Shown here piece after piece: positions 18,271 to 28,163 of a stretch of DNA of 64,000 nt. The notes beneath the pieces were generated by a model that searched no databases, had not been told where the DNA came from, and saw only the letters and a program-made list of their open reading frames with translations. A program made the translations under genes and the position numbers. The stretch is taken from the IMG/VR virus record IMGVR_UViG_3300031772_000005; one strand, given 5' to 3'. Position 1 is the first letter of the stretch; every line of letters starts with the position of its first letter. Source of the stretch: a virus (taxonomy: Duplodnaviria; Heunggongvirae; Uroviricota; Caudoviricetes).

Positions 18271-18948
18271 ATGGCTTTAAGTACAACAGATTTACCGGAA
18301 GGTGGCGGAGGATTACCAAAAACAATTGCACCGGGTAATCATACAGTGAAAATTAATAGTGTATATCTTGATGATTTCAAATTTATTCCAGGAGCTAAAC
18401 ATTTAATGTTTAACATAGAAACTAAGCCTATTGAAGGTTTTGAAGGATTTTTAATTGATAAAGATGATGAAAGTAAAGGTCACTATGAAGGCCAAATTGG
18501 TAGATTAAAAGCTAGTCAGTATGCATTTGCTGACGGTAAAACTAAATCAGGTATAGAGATATTTAGAGATAAATCTATAATGATTTTCCTTAAGCATTTG
18601 TGTATGGCTTTAGGAATACATGATTGGTTCATTGCACAAAATGATAAATATGACATAATTGAAGACTTAGTTCAAGCATTCAATGATGAAGCACCGTTTA
18701 AAGATATCTATTTAGATATGTGTATAGCAGGTAAAGAATATGAAGGTAAGTCAGGATATACTAATCATGATTTATGGATTGCAAAAGGAAATAAGACAGG
18801 TTATGCTTATGCTCAAGAAGGAGATAAAGTTATGACTTATGTAGAATCAGAACATCTTAAGAAATTAGAGGTTAAGCCTGTACAAGCTTTTGATGCAGAT
18901 GACTTTACAGTTCCTGCAAAGGCTTCAACAGATTTTAGTTTAGACTAA
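18271..18948 (+). CDS. hypothetical protein
   Basis: 225 aa, Gly-rich N-terminus. Confidence 0.5.
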   Translation: MALSTTDLPEGGGGLPKTIAPGNHTVKINSVYLDDFKFIPGAKHLMFNIETKPIEGFEGFLIDKDDESKGHYEGQIGRLKASQYAFADGKTKSGIEIFRDKSIMIFLKHLCMALGIHDWFIAQNDKYDIIEDLVQAFNDEAPFKDIYLDMCIAGKEYEGKSGYTNHDLWIAKGNKTGYAYAQEGDKVMTYVESEHLKKLEVKPVQAFDADDFTVPAKASTDFSLD

Positions 18949-18956
18949 ATTTATTT

Positions 18957-18992
18957 AGAAGGGAGATCTGTAATGGTCTCCCTTTCTATTTT
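18957..18992 (+). terminator. rho-independent terminator
   Basis: AGAAGGGAGA-tctgtaatgg-TCTCCCTTTCT followed by attttaat. Confidence 0.55.
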
Positions 18993-19004
18993 AATATTCT
19001 TAAT

Positions 19005-19982
19005 ATGCTTTCTACAATTAACTTAACAGATATAACTACTGTACCTATTGAATGGATATTTGAATATTATTTAAATCTCAAGGAAAAACTTGATGGTCAA
19101 GACATAAAGTTGGCTTCTGTTTTTAAATCAGAGAAGACTCCATCTATGTTTATTTATTTAGATTTAGAATCTTTTGAGTATAAATTTAAGGACTTTTCTT
19201 CTGGTTATCAAGGAGATAGCATATCTTTGATAAAGTATATGTTTAACATAGAATATCATGAAGCTATACTTAAGATAGAAAATGATTATGAAGCATTCTT
19301 AAAATATAATACTTCTTATGTACCTAGTATAATGCAAGTACATGATAGGTTTAAAGTAGTTGATTTTCAAATAAGACACTGGAATAATCTTGATCAAGAT
19401 TATTGGTCTAAGTATGGTATCAGTTCAAAAACATTAAGTAAATATAATGTAGCACCTTTAGAATTCTTTAACATGAGTAAGGATAATTTAGATGGTACAA
19501 GTACTAAACTAATTACACAACGTAATTATTTGTATGGCTATTTTAGAAATGATGGTAGTCTCTATAAAATTTATCTTCCTAAAACACCTGATCAGAAATT
19601 TGTGAAAGTAGCTAATTATGTACAGGGAAGTGAACAATTAATTGGTAAAGATTATTTAATTATCTTATCTTCCTTAAAAGATTTAATGGCTTTTAATAGA
19701 TTATCCTTACCTAATATTGAAGCAATTGCTCCAGATAGTGAAAATAGTATGATTGCAGAAAGTGCTCTACAGAAACTTATTGATATACATCATTATAAAA
19801 AATTAATAGTGTTATTTGATAATGATGAATCCGGAATGAAAGCAATGATAAGATATAAAACTAGATATCATCTAGATTATATTGAGTTACCTCTTGAAAA
19901 GGATTTATCAGATTCAGTTAAAAAGTATGGAGCTGAAGAAATTAGAAAAATATTATTAAAACTAATTAAAGAAATATTATGA
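19005..19982 (+). CDS. Toprim-domain protein, putative DnaG-like primase
   Basis: DxD motif LIVLFDNDESG; IILSSLKDLMAF may be the first Toprim strand; no zinc-ribbon seen. Confidence 0.4.
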   Translation: MLSTINLTDITTVPIEWIFEYYLNLKEKLDGQDIKLASVFKSEKTPSMFIYLDLESFEYKFKDFSSGYQGDSISLIKYMFNIEYHEAILKIENDYEAFLKYNTSYVPSIMQVHDRFKVVDFQIRHWNNLDQDYWSKYGISSKTLSKYNVAPLEFFNMSKDNLDGTSTKLITQRNYLYGYFRNDGSLYKIYLPKTPDQKFVKVANYVQGSEQLIGKDYLIILSSLKDLMAFNRLSLPNIEAIAPDSENSMIAESALQKLIDIHHYKKLIVLFDNDESGMKAMIRYKTRYHLDYIELPLEKDLSDSVKKYGAEEIRKILLKLIKEIL

Positions 19983-20404
19983 GTTGGATATATAAAGGTA
20001 AAGAATTTAATGATATGTGTATTCCACAAGATCATGTAGGATTTATTTACATAATGACTGCTATTATTGATGGTAAGTCAGTTACATATATTGGTAAGAA
20101 AAACTTTTTTGCTAATATTAAAAAACCTATGGGTAAAAAAGCTCTAGCAATGAGTACAGATAAACGATTAAAAAAATACATAAGAGAATTAAAACCAGCC
20201 TTTATGAATTATTATAGTAGTAATGCTGTATTAAAACAAGCTCATAAAGATGGTGTATTGATTAAAAGAGAAATACTACACATTTGTAAAACACAAACAG
20301 AATTAACTTATCAAGAAGTAAAGCATCAATTTAAATATGAGGTGCTAGAGAAAGAAGAATTCCTAAATGGAAATATATTAGGAAGATTTTATAAAATTAA
20401 ATAA
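19979..20404 (+). CDS. hypothetical basic protein
   Basis: 141 aa; ATGA coupling. Confidence 0.45.
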   Translation: MSWIYKGKEFNDMCIPQDHVGFIYIMTAIIDGKSVTYIGKKNFFANIKKPMGKKALAMSTDKRLKKYIRELKPAFMNYYSSNAVLKQAHKDGVLIKREILHICKTQTELTYQEVKHQFKYEVLEKEEFLNGNILGRFYKIK

Positions 20405-20406
20405 TT

Positions 20407-20736
20407 ATGAGTAATAATATTTTACCTTATTCCATAAAACTAAGAGTTGACAGTGTTGTACATTCTAGACAAATTCAAGAAACGTTATTTGCATTAGGAT
20501 ATAAATGGCAAAATAGAGATAGTCTAACTATACAATTTATTAATTTACCTTTTTTATGTGCACATCCGACAGGTTATATAAAACACCTTGATGACGAAAA
20601 TTATTATAATGATTTAGATTATAGAGAAGTAAGTTTATATGATCTATCTAATTCATTTTATGGTATATCTAACACTATAAATTTTGATAAAATAAAAATT
20701 GATATTGCATACCTTACAAATATTATAAATACATGA
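20407..20736 (+). CDS. hypothetical protein
   Basis: 109 aa. Confidence 0.45.
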   Translation: MSNNILPYSIKLRVDSVVHSRQIQETLFALGYKWQNRDSLTIQFINLPFLCAHPTGYIKHLDDENYYNDLDYREVSLYDLSNSFYGISNTINFDKIKIDIAYLTNIINT

Positions 20737-21149
20737 AAAAAACAATAATTGAAATTGATGAGGCACGTAATTTATTAGACATGCTTAAATCAAAAGATGA
20801 AGAAAATCATACTATGGCTTTTTTAGCTATTGAAAATTGTAATATAAAGGATTCAATAATTCTTTTATATATAGTATATAAATTTTCTAATTTAGATCAG
20901 GCACTTTGGAAAAATAATTGCCCTAAATTAGTTAAAGAATTAATAAATAAAAATTTCATAGATGTATTACCAGATGATGCTTTTCAAGCACCTACTATGA
21001 ATGCTGTATTTAACAGAATTATCAGAGTTAAGGCTCCACAAGATATTATGGTATTCTTTTTAGAATTACATAATAATTATTTATTATCTATTATGAAAGC
21101 TTGGGGATATGATACATATAAATTTGAAGTAAATATAAAATTAAATTAA
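20733..21149 (+). CDS. hypothetical protein
   Basis: 138 aa; ATGA coupling. Confidence 0.45.
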   Translation: MKKTIIEIDEARNLLDMLKSKDEENHTMAFLAIENCNIKDSIILLYIVYKFSNLDQALWKNNCPKLVKELINKNFIDVLPDDAFQAPTMNAVFNRIIRVKAPQDIMVFFLELHNNYLLSIMKAWGYDTYKFEVNIKLN

Positions 21150-21377
21150 ATGAAGCATAAAGAAGAATCCTTAGCTAAAATAAGTAAAACCTTAATTTTA
21201 GCTGAACCCTTTTATGGTTTCTTATTGATAATGTTAAATAAAATATGGAGCAATAAACTTGTTCCAACTGCTGGTGTAAGTAAAAATGGTATAAATTACC
21301 AGTTAGCTATAAATCCTGAATTTTGGGAAAACCTATCTAATGAACATAGATATGGTGTACTTAAGCATGAGCTTAAT
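21150..21377 (+). CDS. putative metallopeptidase-VWA protein (DUF2201-like), exon 1
   Basis: Ends ...YGVLKHELN, then an in-frame TAG at the intron start; joins exon 2 to give HELNHIAFFH (HExxHxxxxH). Confidence 0.55.
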
Positions 21378-22485
21378 TAGGGCTCCTTATATAGTAATGT
21401 ATATGTAAAACGTCTTAAATTGCGGGAACTGCCTAAAGCTTTATCTACCAAGTATGCATAGTAATATAGTATATGGCCAGAGTAACTATCTGGGTATGGT
21501 AAAAATGATAAAGATGTCCGAATGGCAAATCCGCAGCCAAATTTCTTAGTTATATAATTTATTTTTGGTATATTGTAGTATAAATACTTACATATATGAA
21601 AACAGAAATAGAACAAAAAGTAATTGATTATTATATTACTGATAAATTATCAGGTAAAAAGATTGCAAGTTTATTACAAATAAATGTAAAAACTGTATTT
21701 GCAATTTTAAAAAGAAATAATGTAAAATCAAGAACTTTGTCTGAATCAGCAATGAAATACACTTGTCAAGATGACTTTTTTAATGTTATAAACACAGAGA
21801 AAAAAGCTTATTGGTTAGGAGTATTGTTTGCAGATGGGAATATTACAAAAAAAGCAAGTAACTCTGGACAAATTATTTTTTCATCAAAAGATAAAGAATG
21901 GGTAGACCTATTTTTATCAGATATTGGATCAAATAATTCTTCAAATTGTGAATATCAAAAAGTATTTAAAAAATATATATGGAAAGCTCAGATAACTTCT
22001 GCGCAAATGTATAATAATTTAAATAATTTAGGATGTACACCAGCTAAAACTAAAACAATTAAAATACCTATGTTAAATGATGAGTTAATTCATCATTTTA
22101 TTAGAGGTTACTTTGATGGTGATGGTACAGTTGGTGTTTATAAAAATCTAACAAGTAATGACTGGAAAATTTTAAAATCCGGTTTTTGTTCAGGTTCACA
22201 AGAATTTATTATAGACTTATTGAAAATATTACCAGTAAAAAATAAAACTATTAAACAAGTTAAGAATTGTTATATAACACAACATTCTTTACATGATAGT
22301 CTTAATTTATTTGAATATATGTATAAAAATTATACTAGATGTTTAGATAGAAAAAGACAAGTTTTCATTAATTACTTAGACACATATAAACCAAGAAAGA
22401 GGTTCAACGACTACAATAGACCATCCCAATAGGGATGAAGGTATAGTCTGATCTCATGTGAAAGCATGAGTTAACAAAATGCTTG
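21378..22485 (+). mobile_element. group I intron (IA2-like) carrying a LAGLIDADG homing-endonuclease ORF
   Basis: P element AAATTGCGGGAA (21417-21428); Q element AAATCCGCAGCC (21537-21548); S element GGTATAGTCTG (22440-22450); P9 hairpin CTCATG-tgaaag-CATGAG (22453-22470); terminal G at 22485; exon 1 ends in U; 5' boundary +/-3 nt. Confidence 0.6.
21596..22432 (+). CDS. LAGLIDADG homing endonuclease (double-motif, intron-encoded)
   Basis: Two LAGLIDADG motifs: YWLGVLFADGNI and IRGYFDGDGTV. Confidence 0.8.
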   Translation: MKTEIEQKVIDYYITDKLSGKKIASLLQINVKTVFAILKRNNVKSRTLSESAMKYTCQDDFFNVINTEKKAYWLGVLFADGNITKKASNSGQIIFSSKDKEWVDLFLSDIGSNNSSNCEYQKVFKKYIWKAQITSAQMYNNLNNLGCTPAKTKTIKIPMLNDELIHHFIRGYFDGDGTVGVYKNLTSNDWKILKSGFCSGSQEFIIDLLKILPVKNKTIKQVKNCYITQHSLHDSLNLFEYMYKNYTRCLDRKRQVFINYLDTYKPRKRFNDYNRPSQ

Positions 22486-23580
22486 CATATTGCTTTTTTT
22501 CATCTTACTCAACATCATAACTATTCTGATAGAAAGCTAGCTAACATTGCTATGGATATGGAAATAAACCAATACATAGATGATGAACACTTACCTACTA
22601 AAGAATTAAGTAAAGAAGAATATGATGCTATAGTAGATCCTATTAAAGAAGAGATTACAAAGGCAAAAGAAAAAGATGATGTAACACTTGAAGAAATCAG
22701 GGCTTTAGTAGATACTATACCTATGAGAGGTATATTTATTAAAGATTATCCAGATTTAAATCTAGATATGAAAGCAGGTAGTAGATATTATTATGATAAA
22801 CTACGAGAAGCTAAAGAAAAGAAAGAAAAAACAGGTGGTAGTGGAGATTTAAACTTTGATGCATTATGTGATGATATGGGTTCTGATGATCCTAACTTAT
22901 GGAATCATACTACATGGGAGGAGTTTGATAATTTATCTGAAGCTGAAAAGAAATTAATTGATAAGCAAGTAGATACTTTACTTAAGCATGCAGCTGATAT
23001 GACTCAAAAGAAAAGAGGTACTATACCTGGAGAATTAGAAGCTTACTTATTAAGTTTAGAACAAATTGAAAAAGCTAAATTTGATTGGAAAGGGTATATC
23101 AGAAGATTTACCGGTGTATCTACTAAAGTATACACTAAAAAGATAAGAAGAAAAGAAAATAAAAGATTTTCAGATAATCCGGGCTTAAAACTTAAAATGA
23201 AACAACATATGTTACTAGCAATAGATACATCAGGTTCTGTAAGTGATGAAGAATTAAAAGAATTTATGAATGAAATTCATCATATTTACAAAACTGGAGT
23301 AGATATTACTATAATTCAATGTGATGCAACTATACAAAGTATAAAAGAATATAAAGGTAAATTTGATGGCATCCATATAGGAGGCAGAGGAGGTACAGCA
23401 TTTGATCCAGTATTAGAATATTATAACGGACATTTAAAGAAATATACTAGTTTAGTATATTTTACAGATGGAGAATGTCATACTTATGTAAAACCTAAAT
23501 CACCTGTATTATGGGTGTTATCTGAAAGATCACATATGAATGAAGATCTTCCGGGAAAAACGATTAAACTTGAACTATAA
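22486..23580 (+). CDS. putative metallopeptidase-VWA protein, exon 2 (VWA domain)
   Basis: MIDAS motif LLAIDTSGSVSDEEL; no ATG start (the track ORF uses TTG at 22483); frame is continuous with exon 1 after intron removal. Confidence 0.55.
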   Translation, partial: HIAFFHLTQHHNYSDRKLANIAMDMEINQYIDDEHLPTKELSKEEYDAIVDPIKEEITKAKEKDDVTLEEIRALVDTIPMRGIFIKDYPDLNLDMKAGSRYYYDKLREAKEKKEKTGGSGDLNFDALCDDMGSDDPNLWNHTTWEEFDNLSEAEKKLIDKQVDTLLKHAADMTQKKRGTIPGELEAYLLSLEQIEKAKFDWKGYIRRFTGVSTKVYTKKIRRKENKRFSDNPGLKLKMKQHMLLAIDTSGSVSDEELKEFMNEIHHIYKTGVDITIIQCDATIQSIKEYKGKFDGIHIGGRGGTAFDPVLEYYNGHLKKYTSLVYFTDGECHTYVKPKSPVLWVLSERSHMNEDLPGKTIKLEL

Positions 23581-23592
23581 ATAAAAACAAAA

Positions 23593-24774
23593 ATGAGCCA
23601 GAGTAAATTAATACAATTAAACGTAGATGAATTAAAAGATTATTTAGAGCACATGGTTTCTAATAATCAATATATACAAGCACAAGGTAAAGTACCTGTA
23701 ACAATAAACATTGAAGGTGATTCAGGCCTTGGTAAAACATCAGCTATAAAACAATTTGCTGACAGCAAGAATATGGATGTCATTAGATTAAATTTAGCTG
23801 AGTTTGAAGAGTTAGGTGATTTAGTAGGTTTTCCATTAAAAGAATACTTAATTGAGAATAAAGAAGGTAAGTCAGCTTGGGTAGTTGATGCTCAACTTGA
23901 AACTGCTGTAAAATCCGGTTATAGAGTTAAAGATAAAAGAATGTCACATGCTGCTCCTGAATGGATTCAGGGTAAAACAGAAGGTGGTTTCTTAATTCTT
24001 GATGATTATACTAGAGCTGATCACAGATTTATGCAAGCAACAATGACTTTAGTTGAAGAACAGTCTTATGCATCATGGAAGTTACCTAAAAACTGGCATA
24101 TTATTCTTACTACTAATCCAGATAATGGAGATTATAACGTAACTTCATTAGACAATGCACAAAGAACAAGATTTGTAAGTGTAGAACTTAAGTTTGATGT
24201 AAATGTATGGGCAAGATGGGCTGAAGCAAATAACATTGATGGAAGATGTATTAATTTTCTATTGATGCATCCTGAATTAGTTACAGAAACTATAAATCCT
24301 AGAAGTATAACATTATTCTTTAACTCAATTAGTTCATTACCTAAGTTTGAAGACTCTTTACCATTAATACAAATGATTGGTGAAGGATCCGTTGGACCTG
24401 AATTTTCAAGTTTATTTACTATGTTTATTAATAATAAGCTTGACAAAATTATTGCTCCTCAAGATGTGATTACTAATCCAAATGAAGCATATGTGTTAGG
24501 TGCATTATCATCAGCTATTGGTAAAGATGATGACTATAGAGCAGATATTGCAAGTGTAATTGCTACAAGACTTGTAAATTATTCTTTAATTCATGCTTCA
24601 AAAGAACCCGTAAGCGCACCTATGATTCAAAGATTAGTAAAACTTACAACAGATTGTGAGGCTTTTACTAATGATTTGAAATACTATATGGTTAAAGAAA
24701 TTGTTAATGGCAATAAAGTAAAATTTGGTGGAATGATGAGAGACACTACAGTTGTAAAGATGACTCTACAATAA
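23593..24774 (+). CDS. AAA_5-type (MoxR-like) ATPase
   Basis: Walker A GDSGLGKTS; GFLILDDYTRADHRFMQATMTLVEE...WHIILTTNPDNGDY matches the AAA_5 Walker B/sensor region. Confidence 0.65.
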   Translation: MSQSKLIQLNVDELKDYLEHMVSNNQYIQAQGKVPVTINIEGDSGLGKTSAIKQFADSKNMDVIRLNLAEFEELGDLVGFPLKEYLIENKEGKSAWVVDAQLETAVKSGYRVKDKRMSHAAPEWIQGKTEGGFLILDDYTRADHRFMQATMTLVEEQSYASWKLPKNWHIILTTNPDNGDYNVTSLDNAQRTRFVSVELKFDVNVWARWAEANNIDGRCINFLLMHPELVTETINPRSITLFFNSISSLPKFEDSLPLIQMIGEGSVGPEFSSLFTMFINNKLDKIIAPQDVITNPNEAYVLGALSSAIGKDDDYRADIASVIATRLVNYSLIHASKEPVSAPMIQRLVKLTTDCEAFTNDLKYYMVKEIVNGNKVKFGGMMRDTTVVKMTLQ

Positions 24775-24829
24775 TCACACATAGAACAGTTTCCCAATAA
24801 AAAAAACACAAAATAAAAATAAATCAACT

Positions 24830-24853
24830 TAAGCCGGTGTAATAGCCGGTTTT
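24830..24853 (+). terminator. weak hairpin AAGCCGG-tgtaatag-CCGGTTT
   Basis: 7-bp stem with one G-U pair, followed by ttaatt; between the ATPase gene and the next gene. Confidence 0.3.
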
Positions 24854-24865
24854 TAATTATTAATT

Positions 24866-26050
24866 ATGAGAAATCTTTTACATATCAATTTTAACTTTGA
24901 TAATAACTTCACGCGTACAATGGACATAAATTGTTTTGAATGCTATCCTGTTATACATGTTATTGCTGCAGAAACTCATTATAAAAATAGATTTAAAAAT
25001 CTTGACTTAAAATCTGAATATACACCTACTACAGGTGATAAAATATACTTTTTAAAAGGAATAAATATTCCTAGAGTAAAGATGAAAAATATAACAGCTG
25101 ATTATAAAATAAAAGTAGTAAGAGATATTAAAGAAGCCACTCATATTTTTGGTAGTCATCATACTTTTGATAAAATTAGTACAAGTAGTTATCATTACTG
25201 TATGTACACTTCTGACTTTATAGCCTTTTTTGAATCATGTAAACATCTATTAGATAAAAAACACGTAGATGATTTAAATACAGTTTTAGAATTTTACAAT
25301 GAACCTGAAATACTTTTAGATTATCATACTAAAAAAATATTAGCAGCTACTAATTTGCCTTTTGATTATAAACCAAATACAGTATTTACAGATGAACATC
25401 CTGAAATGAGTTATAGTGACCAATATTTTACTATAGATGAGGATATGATAGATGTATATAATCATGTATGTACAACTGATATTTATGATCAATCTGCATT
25501 GTTAGTTCATTTAAATGGTGATGATGCTATTAAAATTGATAGCATTGTTTATAAACAACTATGTGAAATGTTTGATAGTTCAGATCAAGATAATCATATA
25601 TTAGCTATGGAAATTATGGCTAATAGTGATTATACATCTAGTTTACTATATTTAGAGTTACTCTTTATGAACTATGGTTTTAGAATGGACCAGTGTGCAA
25701 CTAAAAGACACGTTAATTTTAAAAGTCTTACTAGTTTTTTACAAAGAAGTCATTTTAATATCAATGAAGATGTAGTTATTAACACATTAGCTAAACATGG
25801 ACAAGTTACTAAAGAAAAGTTAGATATATTATTTACAGATATGTATAATAAATTAGAAGATAGAGGATGTACTAGTAGAGTTAAAATAAAAACTATAACT
25901 ATTAGTGAAGACTTATTAGAAGGTATGAATGAAAACTATGAATTTGAAATAAGACCTGACTTTCAGGTTAAAGAAATGATTGTAGAGGAAATAGTTCCAG
26001 AAACACCAATAGAAATAGAAACAGATGAGTCTACAGACGATTTCTTTTAA
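24866..26050 (+). CDS. hypothetical protein with acidic C-terminus ending DDFF
   Basis: 394-aa ORF; C-terminus ETDESTDDFF. Confidence 0.5.
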   Translation: MRNLLHINFNFDNNFTRTMDINCFECYPVIHVIAAETHYKNRFKNLDLKSEYTPTTGDKIYFLKGINIPRVKMKNITADYKIKVVRDIKEATHIFGSHHTFDKISTSSYHYCMYTSDFIAFFESCKHLLDKKHVDDLNTVLEFYNEPEILLDYHTKKILAATNLPFDYKPNTVFTDEHPEMSYSDQYFTIDEDMIDVYNHVCTTDIYDQSALLVHLNGDDAIKIDSIVYKQLCEMFDSSDQDNHILAMEIMANSDYTSSLLYLELLFMNYGFRMDQCATKRHVNFKSLTSFLQRSHFNINEDVVINTLAKHGQVTKEKLDILFTDMYNKLEDRGCTSRVKIKTITISEDLLEGMNENYEFEIRPDFQVKEMIVEEIVPETPIEIETDESTDDFF

Positions 26051-27071
26051 TGAAGAATTAGAAAGATTTTACAGTGAAACTTTTTACTTTAGTTATAGTA
26101 GTATTAATAAACTACTATTTTCACCTAGAGCTTTTTATGACCACTATGTATTAAAACAAAAAGAAGATAGTATTGATGCCCACCTAGTTGCAGGTAGGGC
26201 ATTACACTGTCTTCTGTTAGAACCTGATAGCTTTAATGAGCAATTCATAGTTATGCCAGGTAAAATACCAGCAGATAATAATTTAATTATTATCACAAAT
26301 ATTTTTAAAAATTATTATTCAATATTAAATAATAATTCATTACTTTTGGAGGACTTCTCTGAAGATATACTTAGACAACTCTTATCCCTGAACTTACACC
26401 AAAGCCTTGTAGATGACAAAAAAGATTCTACTAAAACAGGAGACTCAAAAAGACTTGAAAAAATACTTACTGATCAAAATAAAGAATACTTTAATTTTCT
26501 TAAAAAACGGGAAGGTAAAACAGTAATTGACCAACAGACATTAGATAATTGTAATGCATCTGTTGACTTATTAAAAAATCATCCACAAGTTAAATCTTTA
26601 CTTCAGCTTAATGTAACTAGCACAGAAGATATTAAGATTTTAAATGAGGTACCATTAAAAATGGAACCAGGAAAATATAAATTTGGCTTTAAAGGTATTT
26701 TAGATAATATAGTAATTGATTACAAGACAAAAACATTATTCATAAATGATTTAAAAACTACAGGCAAAGCTTTACAAGATTTTCCCGATGCTGTTGATTA
26801 TTATAAATACTGGATACAGGCCGTAATATATCAACAGTTAGCATGGTCTAATTATTTAAAGAACTTACCTGACATATCTGAATGGAGGATTGTAATTACA
26901 TTTATTGTAATAGATAAGTTTAATCAAATTTACCCATTTCAGGTATCAAATGAAACGTTAGCCATATGGCAAAATGATTTCTTAGATATGTTAGGGGTAT
27001 TAGATTACCATTACACAGAAAAAGATTTTACATTACCATATGATTTAGCAAAAGGAAATGTAATACTTTAA
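26025..27071 (+). CDS. PD-(D/E)XK nuclease (RecB/Cas4/lambda-exonuclease-like)
   Basis: GILDNIVIDYKTKT (motif II/III, DYKT) and QAVIYQQL (QhxxY motif). Confidence 0.6.
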   Translation: MSLQTISFNEELERFYSETFYFSYSSINKLLFSPRAFYDHYVLKQKEDSIDAHLVAGRALHCLLLEPDSFNEQFIVMPGKIPADNNLIIITNIFKNYYSILNNNSLLLEDFSEDILRQLLSLNLHQSLVDDKKDSTKTGDSKRLEKILTDQNKEYFNFLKKREGKTVIDQQTLDNCNASVDLLKNHPQVKSLLQLNVTSTEDIKILNEVPLKMEPGKYKFGFKGILDNIVIDYKTKTLFINDLKTTGKALQDFPDAVDYYKYWIQAVIYQQLAWSNYLKNLPDISEWRIVITFIVIDKFNQIYPFQVSNETLAIWQNDFLDMLGVLDYHYTEKDFTLPYDLAKGNVIL

Positions 27072-27074
27072 ATT

Positions 27075-27638
27075 ATGGCAATAACATCTCTATATGGGGA
27101 ATACTTTCAAAAGTCTAAAATCTTTTTTTACCCACTTTTAGACATTAAAAAAGGTAGTAGTGTACTACCTGTAGAAACTTATTTAAGTTGGCAAGATAAC
27201 TATGATATCACTTCAGCAAAGTTAATTGTAACTTATAAGATAAGAGAAGACAATGATTATATACAATTTGAAAAGCATGTTTTATTAAAACATTCAAGAT
27301 TAACTGATTTTAAAAAAGCAGGTGATACATTTATTGCAATATTTGATTTTTCAGATTTGCAAAAAGATTGGGATTACTTAGTAGAAGGAAAATATAGCTT
27401 ACTTAATACGTTTATGAAACGTAAAGTATGTGCTTATTTTCAAGATAATAAAGCTAACAGCTTATACATTAATAGTTATTTATATCCAGAAGATCATTAT
27501 GAAATATATTCTGATTTACTTAATGCCGATATAGATATACTCAAAGATGTAGGTGAACTATGTAGTAAACCAAATCTACAATTAGAATGCTTTACTGAAA
27601 CCGTAGAAAGTTTGGAAAAGATAAAAATTCTAGATTAA
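27075..27638 (+). CDS. hypothetical protein
   Basis: 187 aa. Confidence 0.5.
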   Translation: MAITSLYGEYFQKSKIFFYPLLDIKKGSSVLPVETYLSWQDNYDITSAKLIVTYKIREDNDYIQFEKHVLLKHSRLTDFKKAGDTFIAIFDFSDLQKDWDYLVEGKYSLLNTFMKRKVCAYFQDNKANSLYINSYLYPEDHYEIYSDLLNADIDILKDVGELCSKPNLQLECFTETVESLEKIKILD

Positions 27639-27665
27639 TTTGTATAAATATTTAAAATCAACAAA

Positions 27666-28070
27666 ATGAGTAAAGATTCAATGTTCCTAGTACAAGCTAC
27701 TTGGAATGATCACCAAACTTTTAGAACTGTACCACTTACAGATGCATGCCCATATGTAGAATGTATTTGGGAAGCAGAACAAAAAGTATTAATTGTAATA
27801 AGTAAAATTACAAAAAATGCATTTCACATGATGCCTAAGTTAGATGATAATGGTGATCCTATGCCATCAAAAACTAGAAGGCCTAATGGCAGAATGATTA
27901 AAGAAGAAAAGAAGTCTGTAGAGACTTTTCAAGAATATTATATTGAAGATATGAAGGCTATTAAATTATTACTAGAAGCTACTTGCATTAACAGTAAGAC
28001 TTTTGATTTTAATAGTTTTCTAACTGCAGAAAAAGTTGCTGGGTTAACAGTGAATGAGGAAGTTAAGTAA
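27666..28070 (+). CDS. hypothetical protein
   Basis: 134 aa. Confidence 0.5.
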   Translation: MSKDSMFLVQATWNDHQTFRTVPLTDACPYVECIWEAEQKVLIVISKITKNAFHMMPKLDDNGDPMPSKTRRPNGRMIKEEKKSVETFQEYYIEDMKAIKLLLEATCINSKTFDFNSFLTAEKVAGLTVNEEVK

Positions 28071-28089
28071 TTAACTTTTCGCTTTGGAC

Positions 28090-28124
28090 AGGGAGAGTAT
28101 TCTAGAAAATGCTCTCCCTTTTTT
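28090..28124 (+). terminator. rho-independent terminator
   Basis: AGGGAGAG-tattctagaaaatg-CTCTCCCT followed by TTTTTT. Confidence 0.6.
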
Positions 28125-28163
28125 ATAAATTAAACGGGGAGACAGCTTAACTGAATAAATACT

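Noticed and set aside
21363-22476. Alternative splice junction inside the duplicated AAGCATGAG (giving ...KHELTKCLHIAFFH)
   Set aside because: It would not satisfy the group I rule (exon ends in U, intron ends in G) and it destroys the HExxH spacing. The repeat is better explained as the 3' arm of the P9 hairpin. It is still unverified without RNA data.
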